NCBI GenBank assembly: GCA_964234715.1
Contig: OZ174279.1
DNA from: Podarcis melisellensis
Lineage: Eukaryota
DNA: 64,000 bases
Strand: one strand, 5' to 3'
Shown here: positions 53,749-64,000 of the stretch, one piece after another
Position numbering within the stretch: position 1 is the stretch's first letter
Layout: each line of letters starts with the position of its first letter
Translations under genes and position numbers: made by a program
The notes under the pieces: model-generated
What the model saw: the letters and a program-made list of their open reading frames with translations, nothing else
Database searches by the model: none
What the model was told of the DNA's origin: nothing

Positions 53749-53756
53749 CTGAAAAT
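53749..53756 (-). CDS. ABLIM1: ABLIM1 8-nt microexon (ATTTTCAG; D-F-Q)
   Basis: Long pyrimidine tract ...CCCTTTTCAG|ATTTTCAG|GTACAG. It restores the frame between a phase-1 donor and a phase-0 acceptor and corresponds to recalled human DYQ. Confidence 0.85.
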
Positions 53757-53865
53757 CTGAAAAGGGATGGGGATGGGGTGGGGAGAGAAACAGCATCAGG
53801 ATTAGGATGCCAAACAATATGTGTTTCATTTAACCCCCAAGCTCCTAACTTGCAGGAATCAACTA

Positions 53866-54003
53866 AATGTTTCCCAAACCTGGGTCTCCAGCTTTTTTGG
53901 ACTATAACTCCCATCATCCCTAGTTAGTTCATCCCTAGCAGTTCAGGGATGATGAGAACTGTAGTTGAAAAAATAGCTGGAGACCCAAGTTTGGGAAATA
54001 CCG
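53866..54003. mobile_element. Palindromic hAT-like MITE
   Basis: TTTCCCAAACCTGGGTCTCCAGCT / AGCTGGAGACCCAAGTTTGGGAAA inverted arms. Confidence 0.75.
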
Positions 54004-54286
54004 AACTAAATGATCAGAACCAAGCAGACAAAAATACAGATCCATATGCATAAAATAAAATGCGGTTTTAATGTACACATTCCCCTCTTTATTTTAACTT
54101 GTTCTCAGTGCTGAAGAACCAGATTCATTTGCAAGAACAAAAATGTGTACATTGCAGGGATAAGTAAGGTGCTCACCAGTCTGCTATGAGACTAGACTAA
54201 CCACAAAAGCAGGCCACAAAAACCCAAGCGTATGGGTTACAGATATAGCAGCACACAAAAGAAAACCATATTTCTCATCGTGTTAC

Positions 54287-54347
54287 CTCGAGCAGCGCTG
54301 CTCACATCACCATAGCTGTTGTACTGACCAAAGTCTGTAGAGACCGG
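54287..54347 (-). CDS. ABLIM1: ABLIM1 exon (PVSTDFGQYNSYGDVSSAAR)
   Basis: TCTTCTAG|CCG...CGAG|GTAAC, 61 nt. Matches recalled human PVSTDFAQYNSYGDVSGGVR. Confidence 0.95.
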
Positions 54348-54560
54348 CTAGAAGAAGACACAAATGGACACGTCAACCACATTGTTGATCTGGAGGTGTC
54401 AAAAATATGCAGCATATGCACATAAAAACAGACCACAGAAGAAGAGAAAATAGGGTAGTGGGGAAGAGATGACTGTACTGAAGCATTGGGTCTGTGAAAC
54501 AGGAAACACTTGAATGAGCGGGGAGAAGTAGCAAAGATCCCAAAGAGGTGAAAACCCACA

Positions 54561-54830
54561 GTGAGCTCCCGTTGCTCGGTCCCTACTCCTGCTAACCTAG
54601 CATTTCGAAAGCACGTCACAGTGCAATTAGATAAATAGGTACCGCTCTGGTGGGAAGGTAAACAGCGTTTCTGTGTGCTGCTCTGGTTCGCCAGAAGTGG
54701 CTTAGTCATGCTGGCCACCTGACCTGGAAGCTGTACGCCGGCTCCCTCGGCTAGTAAAGCGACATGAGCGCTGCAACCCCAGAGTCGGTCACAACTGGAC
54801 CTAACGGTCAGGGGTCCCCTTACCTTTACC
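54561..54830 (+). mobile_element. Sauria SINE, 5'-truncated
   Basis: Body is the reverse complement of the 407-761 copy and ends GGGGTCCCCTTACCTTTACC. The tRNA head is absent. Confidence 0.9.
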
Positions 54831-55235
54831 TAAAGGGTATGGAGTAGTCAGCAATTGATCATTGTACTTTTGCTGCCAGGGGAGCAATTCTGGATTCATT
54901 AGGTCTTTACCTCAAATGCTGAAGTATCTTGGGCCAGGCCTGATTTTCCCCTCAAAGCATGTACAACCCATTCTTCAGCCAGAAAAGCTTCCACAGCAGC
55001 TTACAAATCAATAAAAATAGCAGAGTGCTTGCACTCAGGCTTACAACACAGCACAGAATATAAAGTGATGGGAGGGAAGAGGAAAAGAAACAAACTCAGG
55101 CATCAAATTATTGATATCCAACTGGCGGCATTAGGTTTTTCTGAATTATATTTTAAAAGTTTGGGGATGGAATTCCCCCCAAAATGTTGAATCAAATATC
55201 ATCTGATGTATTGCTTAAGATACATGAAGAATATA

Positions 55236-55476
55236 CAGTGGAACCTCAGTTTTCGAGCGTCTTGGAAGCCAAACATTTCAGTTTTCAAATGCTGAAAACC
55301 CAGAAGTGATTGCTTCCGTTTTCGAACATGTCTCGGAAGTTGAATGGCTTCCGTGGTGTGTTTTTCAATTTTCACCACTGAAATTGAAATTCTCCCTTTG
55401 CACCTCGGTTGTCAAACGTTTCAGAAGTCGAACGGTCTTCTGGAATGGATTATATTCAACAACCGAGGTTCCACTG
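55236..55476. mobile_element. Tc1/mariner MITE with TA TSD
   Basis: TA|CAGTGGAACCTCAGTT ... AACCGAGGTTCCACTG|TA. Confidence 0.85.
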
Positions 55477-55866
55477 TACATCGGTTTCTAATATTGCACC
55501 ACTGCATAAGAATTCCCTTTGTGTTCCTTTTGTGCTACATTGTTATTTTAAGGATTTTCAGAAATGGAGAGATAATGTAGTGTTAACTAAAGTCCAGTTG
55601 TATCTGATGCCTTCAACTATTTTAGGATGGTTCAGAAATATGGCATACAGTACTCTGAATGTATCTATCCTTGTTTGAATGCATTGAGAGAGCAATACTT
55701 GGGAAGCTACGTGAATCTATAATCACTTGCATTTCCTGAACTCCAGAACAGATAAAGGGTTTTAGGGCCACCTACTTTCAATCAATACCATGTAGAGACT
55801 CCATGAAATTCCTAACAGAATAACGACACATATGACCCTGTCTTATAATAAATGTTGACTGTTTAC

Positions 55867-55931
55867 CCTATGAAGTCCATTTCTTCCATAGCCAGGAAGG
55901 GAAGAGGTTTTGGAAGCAGCTGCATGTGGAG
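55867..55931 (-). CDS. ABLIM1: ABLIM1 exon (SPHAAASKTSSLPGYGRNGLHR)
   Basis: CTGTTTAG|CT...AGG|GTAAAC, 65 nt. SLPGYGRNGLHR matches recalled human ABLIM1. Confidence 0.95.
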
Positions 55932-56223
55932 CTAAACAGAAAAGGGAGAAGAAATATTAAAAACGTAACAATTTATGTTAGGACAGAAACAATAGCACAC
56001 ACATTCAAAAAGTCAAAGTCAGAACATTTTAGAAATCAGTTAAAAGAACCCACAAGATTTTCTCCAAAAGGAATCTTGAAATTATAAGTTTGAAGCAAAC
56101 TTGGCCTTATAATATTGAATTTAGTTTAGGAGGGTGGAGGTTCAGCATTCTGAAACGTGCAGGGGTGCTGCATGGGCTATAAAATGTTCCCTGCTGCTCA
56201 TCTTCTAGAAGTTGGAAGGTGAT

Positions 56224-56483
56224 TGTCAGGGAAGTGCCATCAGAGCAAGAAACGGAGGCAGGGCTACCCAGCGATGCCGGAGAGGGGACGAGCAGGGGGG
56301 AAGGATTTCAGCATAACACCCATAGAGAAGAGAGGGAGATAGAGGAATGGGTGACAGGGCTCCGAGACCCTTCCCCCGAAACTAGTGGAGAGAGCGCTGG
56401 GACGCCCCTGCCTTCCCCTTACTTGCGCAGACACGTTCCGCGCAGAGAACATAGGAGGAGACTCGGGGTCAAACAGCTTTTAT
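56224..56483 (+). mobile_element. Possible truncated LTR-like repeat
   Basis: Abrupt purine- and CpG-rich block starting TGTCAGGGAA within an AT-rich intron. No matching 3' end or TSD found. Confidence 0.35.
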
Positions 56484-56644
56484 TAGCCCACTCACCCCCA
56501 CCTGCTTACATTTCTGTCTTAAGGAAAGCCATTTTCAGGGGTCACAAAGCCTCCTGTCCTGTTTCTCTTCAAAATGATTGGGGTATACAATCCTCTATGT
56601 TGCTTAAAATGCACTTCTTTTTTAGCCCAGTTAGTAGGTAAGCA

Positions 56645-56984
56645 CAAAAGGCTCAGTGGTTTAGACCACAGTGCCACCCGCATTGGGGTGAGTTCCTGTT
56701 GCTCTGTCCCAGCTCCTGCCAACCTAGTAGTTCGAAAGCACGCCAGTGCAAGTAGATAAATAAGTACCACTGTGGTGGGAAGGGAAATGGCGTTTCCGTG
56801 CACTCTGGCTTCTGTCACGGTGTTCCGTTGCACCAGAAGTGGTTTAGTCATGCTGGCCACATGACCCGGATAGCTGTCTGTGGACAAATGCCAACTCCCC
56901 CAGCCTAAAAGCAAGATGAGTGCCAAAACCCCACAGTCGCCTTTGACTGAATCTAACCATCCAGGGGTCCTTTACCTTTTACCA
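56645..56984 (+). mobile_element. Sauria SINE (variant subfamily) with inverted 5' head
   Basis: Body and (ACCTTT) tail are on the + strand (56684-56984); head segment 56645-56683 is antisense. TSD TTAGTAGGTAAGCA / TTACTAGGTAAGCA. Confidence 0.85.
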
Positions 56985-58122
56985 TTACTAGGTAAGCAGT
57001 TGTGCTTTTGTCACAAGTACTTCCATCTTAGAGTTTTGAAAAGTGCACGAAGGACATACAATCCAATTATACAGAATCATATACATCCTCCTATAAACAA
57101 ACGGTTAAGCAGTAATTATAAAATGCAGTCTTTTCTCTGGAATGTATCATAGTTTGCCCATACGACCTGTCTGGTGAGCCAGTGATTCCGTTTTCTATGA
57201 TCCAGCACTTTGGAATGTGCTGCCCTGCTCCCTGAGGCAATGCTGATTTCCTCTCCCAATGTGGGAAAGGCTAAAAGGCTATGAGAAGCATAAATATCAA
57301 CAAGGTGTATGCCACTTTTTAAACATGATTTCCTGACCTAGCTTGTTGGCTTTTCAGGAACACTAATATTGCCGTGACCTCAGCAGTAATCTACATTTTA
57401 TATGTTATTCATTTAGGCAAGTGAGCAATCGTAATCTCATAAAAGATGCTTGTTGTAAAATGTGCAACTCGGTATTTGTTTTCTAAATGCTGTTGCTTTT
57501 TAAATCTTGATGCAAATGAGGGTTTTTTTTAAAAAAAAGAATAATCTGAATTAGTCATTAAACTTCAGGCTCTATACAAGGCTATTTTTTAAAAACTTGT
57601 TTAAGTTACTGCCAACCACATCATTTTTTTTCTAATTTGAGAACTAGTTGAAGATTAATTGGAGTAAGCAACATACTGCCAATATTTTTCTGTTTCTTTA
57701 CAGACCAAAGCAAAGGAAGCTTTCCCAAGAAATCAGCACCAACAATTTTCGTACTGTTCATAAAAATTCTGATCTCATGGATCAGCAGGCTTTCAAACAA
57801 CATCATTATATTTCCTCTGCAATCTGGGAATATATTTACTCCCCAGCCATTTCCTCATTTGATTTATTTAAGATGTGCCAAGGATCTGGAAACGGGAAAC
57901 CTCAATTCTTGCACAAGGCATTCTGAGAATGTATTGTGAAAAACAGCCAGCGATAAAATGGCAGACAGTGAACACAGGAGTGATAAAAACAGCTTCACAT
58001 GTGCGGCACTGATCAACATCTTTTTGCAGAACCAGCAATAGAATAGATGAAAAAACTGGTTTTATTTTAGGCAGCCTAATCCATCATTTCCCATAGACCA
58101 CCCATGTATGCTTTTCGCTTAC

Positions 58123-58219
58123 ATGAATTAACTGGAGAGTCATAACGGCTGCTGGGAAGTGAAGACCTTTCCTTCTCCATTTCTTCTTTTAATATCAATT
58201 GTCCCAGACCTGAGTTGAG
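58123..58219 (-). CDS. ABLIM1: ABLIM1 exon (LNSGLGQLILKEEMEKERSSLPSSRYDSPVNS)
   Basis: TTTTTGCAG|CTC...TCAT|GTAAGC, 97 nt. Carries the SGLGxLILKEEMEK motif of the ABLIM/dematin family. Confidence 0.96.
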
Positions 58220-58313
58220 CTGCAAAAATGGGAATTAAAAATTGTACGTAAGCTATTGAAAACATCCAGTTCAATTGGCACGGATGAGTTATTTACATCA
58301 ATATCATAACCAC

Positions 58314-58405
58314 CTTCATCAGTTGTTCCTCCTGTAGCTGCCGACGTCTCTGAAGCTCCTCAAGATCTTCATCTCTGCCAGTGGATCTGCGGCGCATGTC
58401 AGAAC
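58314..58405 (-). CDS. ABLIM1: ABLIM1 exon (GSDMRRRSTGRDEDLEELQRRRQLQEEQLMK), coiled-coil region
   Basis: GAAGTAG|GT...AAG|GTGGTT, 92 nt. Matches recalled human GPDMKRRSSGREEDDEELLRRRQLQEEQLMK. Confidence 0.95.
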
Positions 58406-59153
58406 CTACTTCCACAAAACCACAGCACAAAGAGAGCTTCTTGCACAACTGTACACAAGGATTGACAACCATTACCCATGTCTCCTTAGGCCTGCCAAAT
58501 AAAATTTGCTTGCTGAATAACAAAACTAAACTCCACTAAACACATAGCCAGACGTTCTATCAATTTTGTTTCAGAAGTAGTCATGATATACTTATCTCCA
58601 GTTTAACGCCTTCTGTGTAGAACCCAAATTTTTGTTACCTCCTAAGTGTGACATATACTGTAAATACTGTGGTTTCACTCATATTACTAGAGGGCCATAT
58701 AGAGGAAAACTGAGTGCCGACAGCCAAACTCCTGAAAATAGATATTTGGTAAAGTCCCATCGATACAACCATTGCTTGTATCTTTCTCCTTCGTGTTCCT
58801 ATTTGAGAGGCCATGGTAGAGCTAATTTGGCCCAGGGCTTCAATTTTCTAAATAGTAATTTTGCACGTTTTAGCTAATTTTTTCAAGTGATAAGTGAATC
58901 TCGTACGCATTGTGGGCTGGATCCTGAGGCACCAGTAGAAAAAGTTCTGGCAAAATTCTGTCCCCAAAACTTTCATACAATAGCTAGAGGAAGATTTTGC
59001 ACAACTTGGACTTGCATAAGCAAGCATCTTGAAGTTTGAGCAAAAACTTGTGTTACAGAAGTGTACCATTGGATTTCAGCTCTCACAATAAGCGTCTTGC
59101 GCTATGTTCAAAATAGCCCTTATGCTTATATAAGGGGACTTCCACTTTCTAAA

Positions 59154-59358
59154 GTCCGACTCCATTAAGTAAATTAAAACTTTGTCAGTTGTAACTACAG
59201 GGAATAATATCATAAAGAACTTGGGAATTAGGTGGGCCCATTTAATAAAAGACCTTCTATGTCCGACTCCATTAAGTAAATTAAAACTTTGTCAGTTGTA
59301 ACTACAGGGAATAATATCATAAAGAACTTGGGAATTAGGTGGGCCCATTTAATAAAAG
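59154..59358. repeat. Perfect 98-bp tandem duplication with 9-bp spacer
   Basis: 59154-59251 is identical to 59261-59358 (GTCCGACTCC...TTTAATAAAAG). Confidence 0.95.
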
Positions 59359-60551
59359 CTTTAGGATGAAATATTTGAGCAACTCCATTTCCAGTTACCA
59401 ATGGGAAGCTGAGATTTGGCCCATGTTTTTAGTGATATATGTTGTTATTATTACATTTATAACCCACCTTTCCTCCACTGAGCTCAAAGTGGGGTACATG
59501 GTTGTTCCCCTCTGCATTTTATTCCCACAACTCTATGTACGAGGTAGGCATAGCTAAAGTTTTAGAATTTCTTTTTCTCTCTCTCTCTTGCACTCTCCAC
59601 AGGTTCACCAAGAGAGGTATATAATATACTATTGCAAGAAAACAACAAAAGCCCTGAATCAATGGTGAAGGACTTTTTTAAAGTTTTTAAAAGATCTAAG
59701 AAATAATCAAGAATAGTGGTTGGATAAACATTTGGTCTTGAATCTAGAAACCCTGGACATTATTTCAGGCTGTAATCATATACACATTCACTTGGGTTTA
59801 AGTCTCACTGAACTCAGTGGGACTTATTTCTGAGCAGAACGGCTAAGACTGTGCTATGAAGTTTTTCTTCTTCTGTGAAACATACATAATATTGACCCAG
59901 CTTACAAGGCTGTTGTGTAAAGCACTCTGCCAATTAGAAGAACTACATTTAAGATAAATAACATTATGATTATGGATTTTTAAAATAGGGAAACACTGGA
60001 AATGTGAATAGGAAGGGTAAGGTATACAAGCAAAATGGACATGGGGACAATGGTGTATAAAGCAGATTGGTGAACCAATGGCTCTCCAGGTGTTGCTCCC
60101 AACATCCTTGGCCAGTGGCCATGCTTGCCGGGGCTGATGGCAGTTGTAGTTTAGTAACATCTGGAGAGCCAAAGGTTCCCCACACCTAATGTATCATGAC
60201 AGCGAGTACAGAACCATGAGCTTAGCTAGATATTACATGCATATACATGCATTTAAATATCAAAGGATGATTTTAAGAAGCAGAAACGGCTTCAAGAGTG
60301 TACATAACCCCTCCCGCCTGCCATTTTTCTGCTGCAAGTTCCTGTTTCCCAGGCTGCTTTTCTCCAAACACTGTTCTAGATGCATTTTTTCCCTGTCTTC
60401 TCACAAGCATGAGTCTGGAGCCCAGTTTGCAAAGAGAAGCATTGCAGTGGGAAAATGGTACACAGGAGTAAGATTAGGCACCCTCTGCTCTCCTGCCACT
60501 ACTGCTTGCTGAAAACAGCCAGCTTCTGAAGTCACTTTTCCTTGCTCAAAG

Positions 60552-60574
60552 CACACACACACACACACACACAC
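60552..60574. repeat. (CA)n microsatellite
   Basis: About 11 CA units. Confidence 0.9.
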
Positions 60575-62748
60575 CTATGAAATCTCTGCTGCCCCTGGGT
60601 CCTTCTGCATTTTGAACCTTTAGCAGACGTTGCTAACATTTTCCAAAATGTAAGATAACTGTTTCCTGTTTCTTATAAAGTTGACCACATTCCATGTTAA
60701 AAGAATAAATTATTTTCTTTGGAGATCCCCAAATGCCTGCTGTAGGTTCAGTTCACATGTGCCTTCTGGATTTGGTGAAGTCAGGATGAGATGATTTTAG
60801 CTATGGCCATTTCATATGGTGAGTATGTTGGCTTCATACACCCTATTAATAGTCAGAGCTAATGCTTACTATGACCCATGATGAACAAGCCCTCACTCTC
60901 ATCTGTGTCACAGTATATGTGGAATTTGTTACCCAGTCATTTAATATTAATTTTAATAATATACTTAGGGTGTAGAAAATCACCACTGTGAGATTTCCTC
61001 CCCCTCCATAAAGGTGGCATTGCAAAAAACTCTTTATGCTGACAAAAAAGCGGTAACATTGATGTGATGTTGTAAAATCACCTCACACTGAGTTCCCCAG
61101 CTAACATGAGAATCAGGCTTTTGTATGCAACCAACCGTTAACAGGTAACCAACAGTTACTGTATTTAAATAATCATGTGGACAGATAATATGACATGATA
61201 CATATTGGGTTTTAACAAAAGAAGTGTTTTTAAAAATGAAAAAAGCATGGAAAATAAAATTAATATCTTAAGGCACAAATATGATGCTAATAGTAGGCCA
61301 CTTTTAACTTCATTTGTTTGGAAATCTGCTTGTGCTATGTATTGAAATCAATAACTTTAAGGACATTTTGCAGCCTGAGATGATGGACTTATGTCCCCTC
61401 ACTCAATTCCATGAACAGAAGTCCATAGGACTGGCAACTGACTCTTGCTCCAACACTGGCAACAGGATAACATCTTCCATTGCAGCTAAGGGCAGGAGGC
61501 TACCTTAGGAGGTGCAGGACAGACTATGTGGCCCCACAGCTATGACCTCAAACACCTTGCCTCACTCATGCACTGTGTCACCTGGCAGCTGTTCACTACC
61601 TGGTCAAACAAACATTGCAATTCAGCAGCAGTGGTGCCAGTGCCTGGGCACCAGCTCAGGATGATGTGTATGTCTGATCGCAGAATATGTCCCCTCACCT
61701 GCTGCCAAACGTGGTTGCCTCAGGTTTTCTAATAATATGACTCACCCTGTCTGTATCTTTGGTTTCCTATCCTAATTAGATACAGCGAAAAGGTGTTGAA
61801 GTAAGAAAATCCTTAAACAAGTCAGGCTTCACTGCAGCAGTCAATTTAACACATTGATTTGAATGAGATTATGAAGACAATGTTATTTGTAATCTCTTAA
61901 CTCTGCCCCTGTAGACCAATTCCTTGGACACATTCCTCAGCAGGCACCTTTTGTTTTAACCTTTAAACGCCTGCTGAAAACTTTTCCATGCTGCCAAGCT
62001 TATGCAGGCAATTAAGAAAACACATTTCAATAATAGGTGATGGTCTTTGATTTTAAGTTTTTACAAAGTTTTATTGTATATAGATACTGTGGTCGAAACC
62101 GTACTTGATTTTTATGATATAGCAGCATATAAATATATTCATAAAGAAATGATAATATTTTTGACTAGAAACTAAGGAGAAATATCCAAATCCTCACTTT
62201 CCTTCTCAAAAAGTGTCCCACAGAAACCTCAACTTCCTGTTTAAACTCTCTGAATTCAAAAAGTGCATTGTGATTTCGGGGGCCAAAAGCTCTTAAAAGG
62301 GGGAAATCGGAGGAACAGCATGTACACACGGGAAAAAATCTCCCTTCATAAAGCTCCTGTGATAAACCCTAAATGTCTTTATGAACTCTAGATACTTTAA
62401 AGCAAAGCTTAGAGGTTCTGTGTTAGGCATGCATGGAAGGGGTCCAAATGAGAAAGAAATGCAGGAAAACCTGGGAGTGTGCACTTCAATGGAATGTAGA
62501 CTCCAGGGATTAGAAATCCCAGAGTCTGAGGTTATACATTCCAAACTACAGGGTTTTCCAGGGAAACCCCTCTCCCCATCTTTTCACATTATATATTTAG
62601 TGTAGCACCCATAAGACTCTTAAGGATCAGGTGCAAATGAATTCAATGTCCCTGTATCACACACTAATTAATATTAGTCTAAATTTATTTATAGGTTAGT
62701 AGAAAGCTGGGGTGGGGTTTACACTTTTTGTCACTTGTTGTTCCATAC

Positions 62749-62895
62749 CTACAGCCGCAAGTGCGGGTGGACCTGGCCAGTATTCTGTCTCAATCTTTGG
62801 AATCTCGTTGGGTGCTGGAGCGTGGGCTGCTGGGAACTTGGAGGACTTGATGATATCATCGGAAGACTTGTTCTGGGCTGCCAGGGCAGCTGCAT
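62749..62895 (-). CDS. ABLIM1: ABLIM1 exon (DAAALAAQNKSSDDIIKSSKFPAAHAPAPNEIPKIETEYWPGPPALAAV); upstream exons lie beyond the window
   Basis: CATCTAG|AT...GTAG|GTATGG, 147 nt. Carries the SKFPAA...PKIETxxWPxPP motif of the ABLIM/dematin family. Confidence 0.95.
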   Translation of the reverse strand: MQLPWQPRTSLPMISSSPPSSQQPTLQHPTRFQRLRQNTGQVHPHLRL

Positions 62896-64000
62896 CTAGA
62901 TGGCAATCAGGGGAACTTAAGCTATCAGATTAAGTTGCTGCATCAATGCTATATGGTTCTTTTCTACTTCATGCTCTCTTACAACTGAAATAGTTAACAC
63001 TATAAGCACTATTATTTCACCTCCTTATTCAGCAAGTGAGGGCCCCTCCAGACATCCTTTTTATTGTGCATTCTTGGTGGTGTTGGGACAGTTTTCTACA
63101 ATCACTCTTTCAATACAGTTTGTGACTGCAAAAGTATTTGGGGCAGTCAAACTGCCCTGTATCCAATTGGTGCATGTTTAGTAGCTTCTTGTTGAAGTCC
63201 TGTAATTTCTTATAGCACAAATGTTCTGGGAGTGGCAGTGGTGGCTGTCCTGCTTTTGTTTGGCAATAGCACAGAAAATGCCCCTCCAGAGAGTAATAAT
63301 ACAGTAATACTGAGGAAGCATCACAGAATGTAAATAAAGCTGAAAGACGGGTGGATGGTTCAGGATAAATCTGCCACTAATGTACTATTTTACTGTGTCA
63401 ATGACAAGTGTAAGACACTGTGTGCCCCACCCACCCACGGTGGAACACACACACACAAATAAAACACCAGTCTGGAGAAGCCCTGATATAATACTCCTAT
63501 TAACATATAGTGGCCAAATTTTAAGTTCTAATTTCTGCAAGAAAACCCCAAATTTCATGAGAACAGTGCATTTGAAGGATGCATACAATCAAAGCATTAA
63601 ATCAGAAGTTACAGTGGAGTTCTGTAATGGAGCGAGCATGGCTTTCTCCCACCTTTACAATGTAGATAACAGACAAGCAAGTCATCCAAAAGCTTGAATT
63701 CTGCTATCCTGCCTATTCCAAATGCTTCAGGGAGGCATATGGGATGCACACTTAATCATTTAAAACAGGGAACCCATGGCCCTTCAGTTGTTGTTGAACT
63801 CCAACCACCATAAACCACAGACAGCATGGTCAGCGAGTGTAAGGTGCTGGATTTCAACATCTGGAAGGCCAAGATGTCTGATTCAAATGCTCTTTAGTTG
63901 CCTCAGGCTGCTTTTTTTAAGCAGTTGCAAAATTGTTCCCAGGTCAATGGAGGTGGGTTTGTGACATCACAAGTGTCTGCTAATTAGCTCTATGTACAGC

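Noticed and set aside
1-64000. CRISPR arrays, operons or other prokaryote-type systems
   Set aside because: The window is intron-rich vertebrate DNA. No regularly spaced repeat-spacer array or long uninterrupted gene cluster is present.

Overview
Vertebrate genomic DNA, almost certainly from a squamate and probably a lacertid lizard, judged from Sauria SINEs with (ACCTTT)n tails, CR1/L2 remnants and many hAT and Tc1-mariner MITEs. Two minus-strand protein-coding genes are present. The right third holds nine 3' coding exons of ABLIM1 (62895 to 49224), ending in the villin headpiece (...[16 protein letters not shown]). They include a frame-required 8-nt microexon and a GC-AG intron, followed by an inferred ~4.6-kb 3' UTR ending near 44630. 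A CpG island at ~28.8-30.4 kb holds the probable first coding exon of AFAP1L2 (MDKYK, 29442-29427), so 1-29426 is probably its large first intron; exon 2 was not found in the window. Almost all supplied ORFs are spurious or repeat-derived. I found no new protein-coding system. The most notable signals are: two TSD-flanked short retroelements carrying minimal type I hammerhead ribozyme motifs (Penelope-like); a Sauria SINE with a twin-priming-type 5' inversion; a long palindromic element inside the inferred ABLIM1 3' UTR; and a perfect 98-bp tandem duplication. Gene names come from recalled human protein sequences and synteny, not from a database search.
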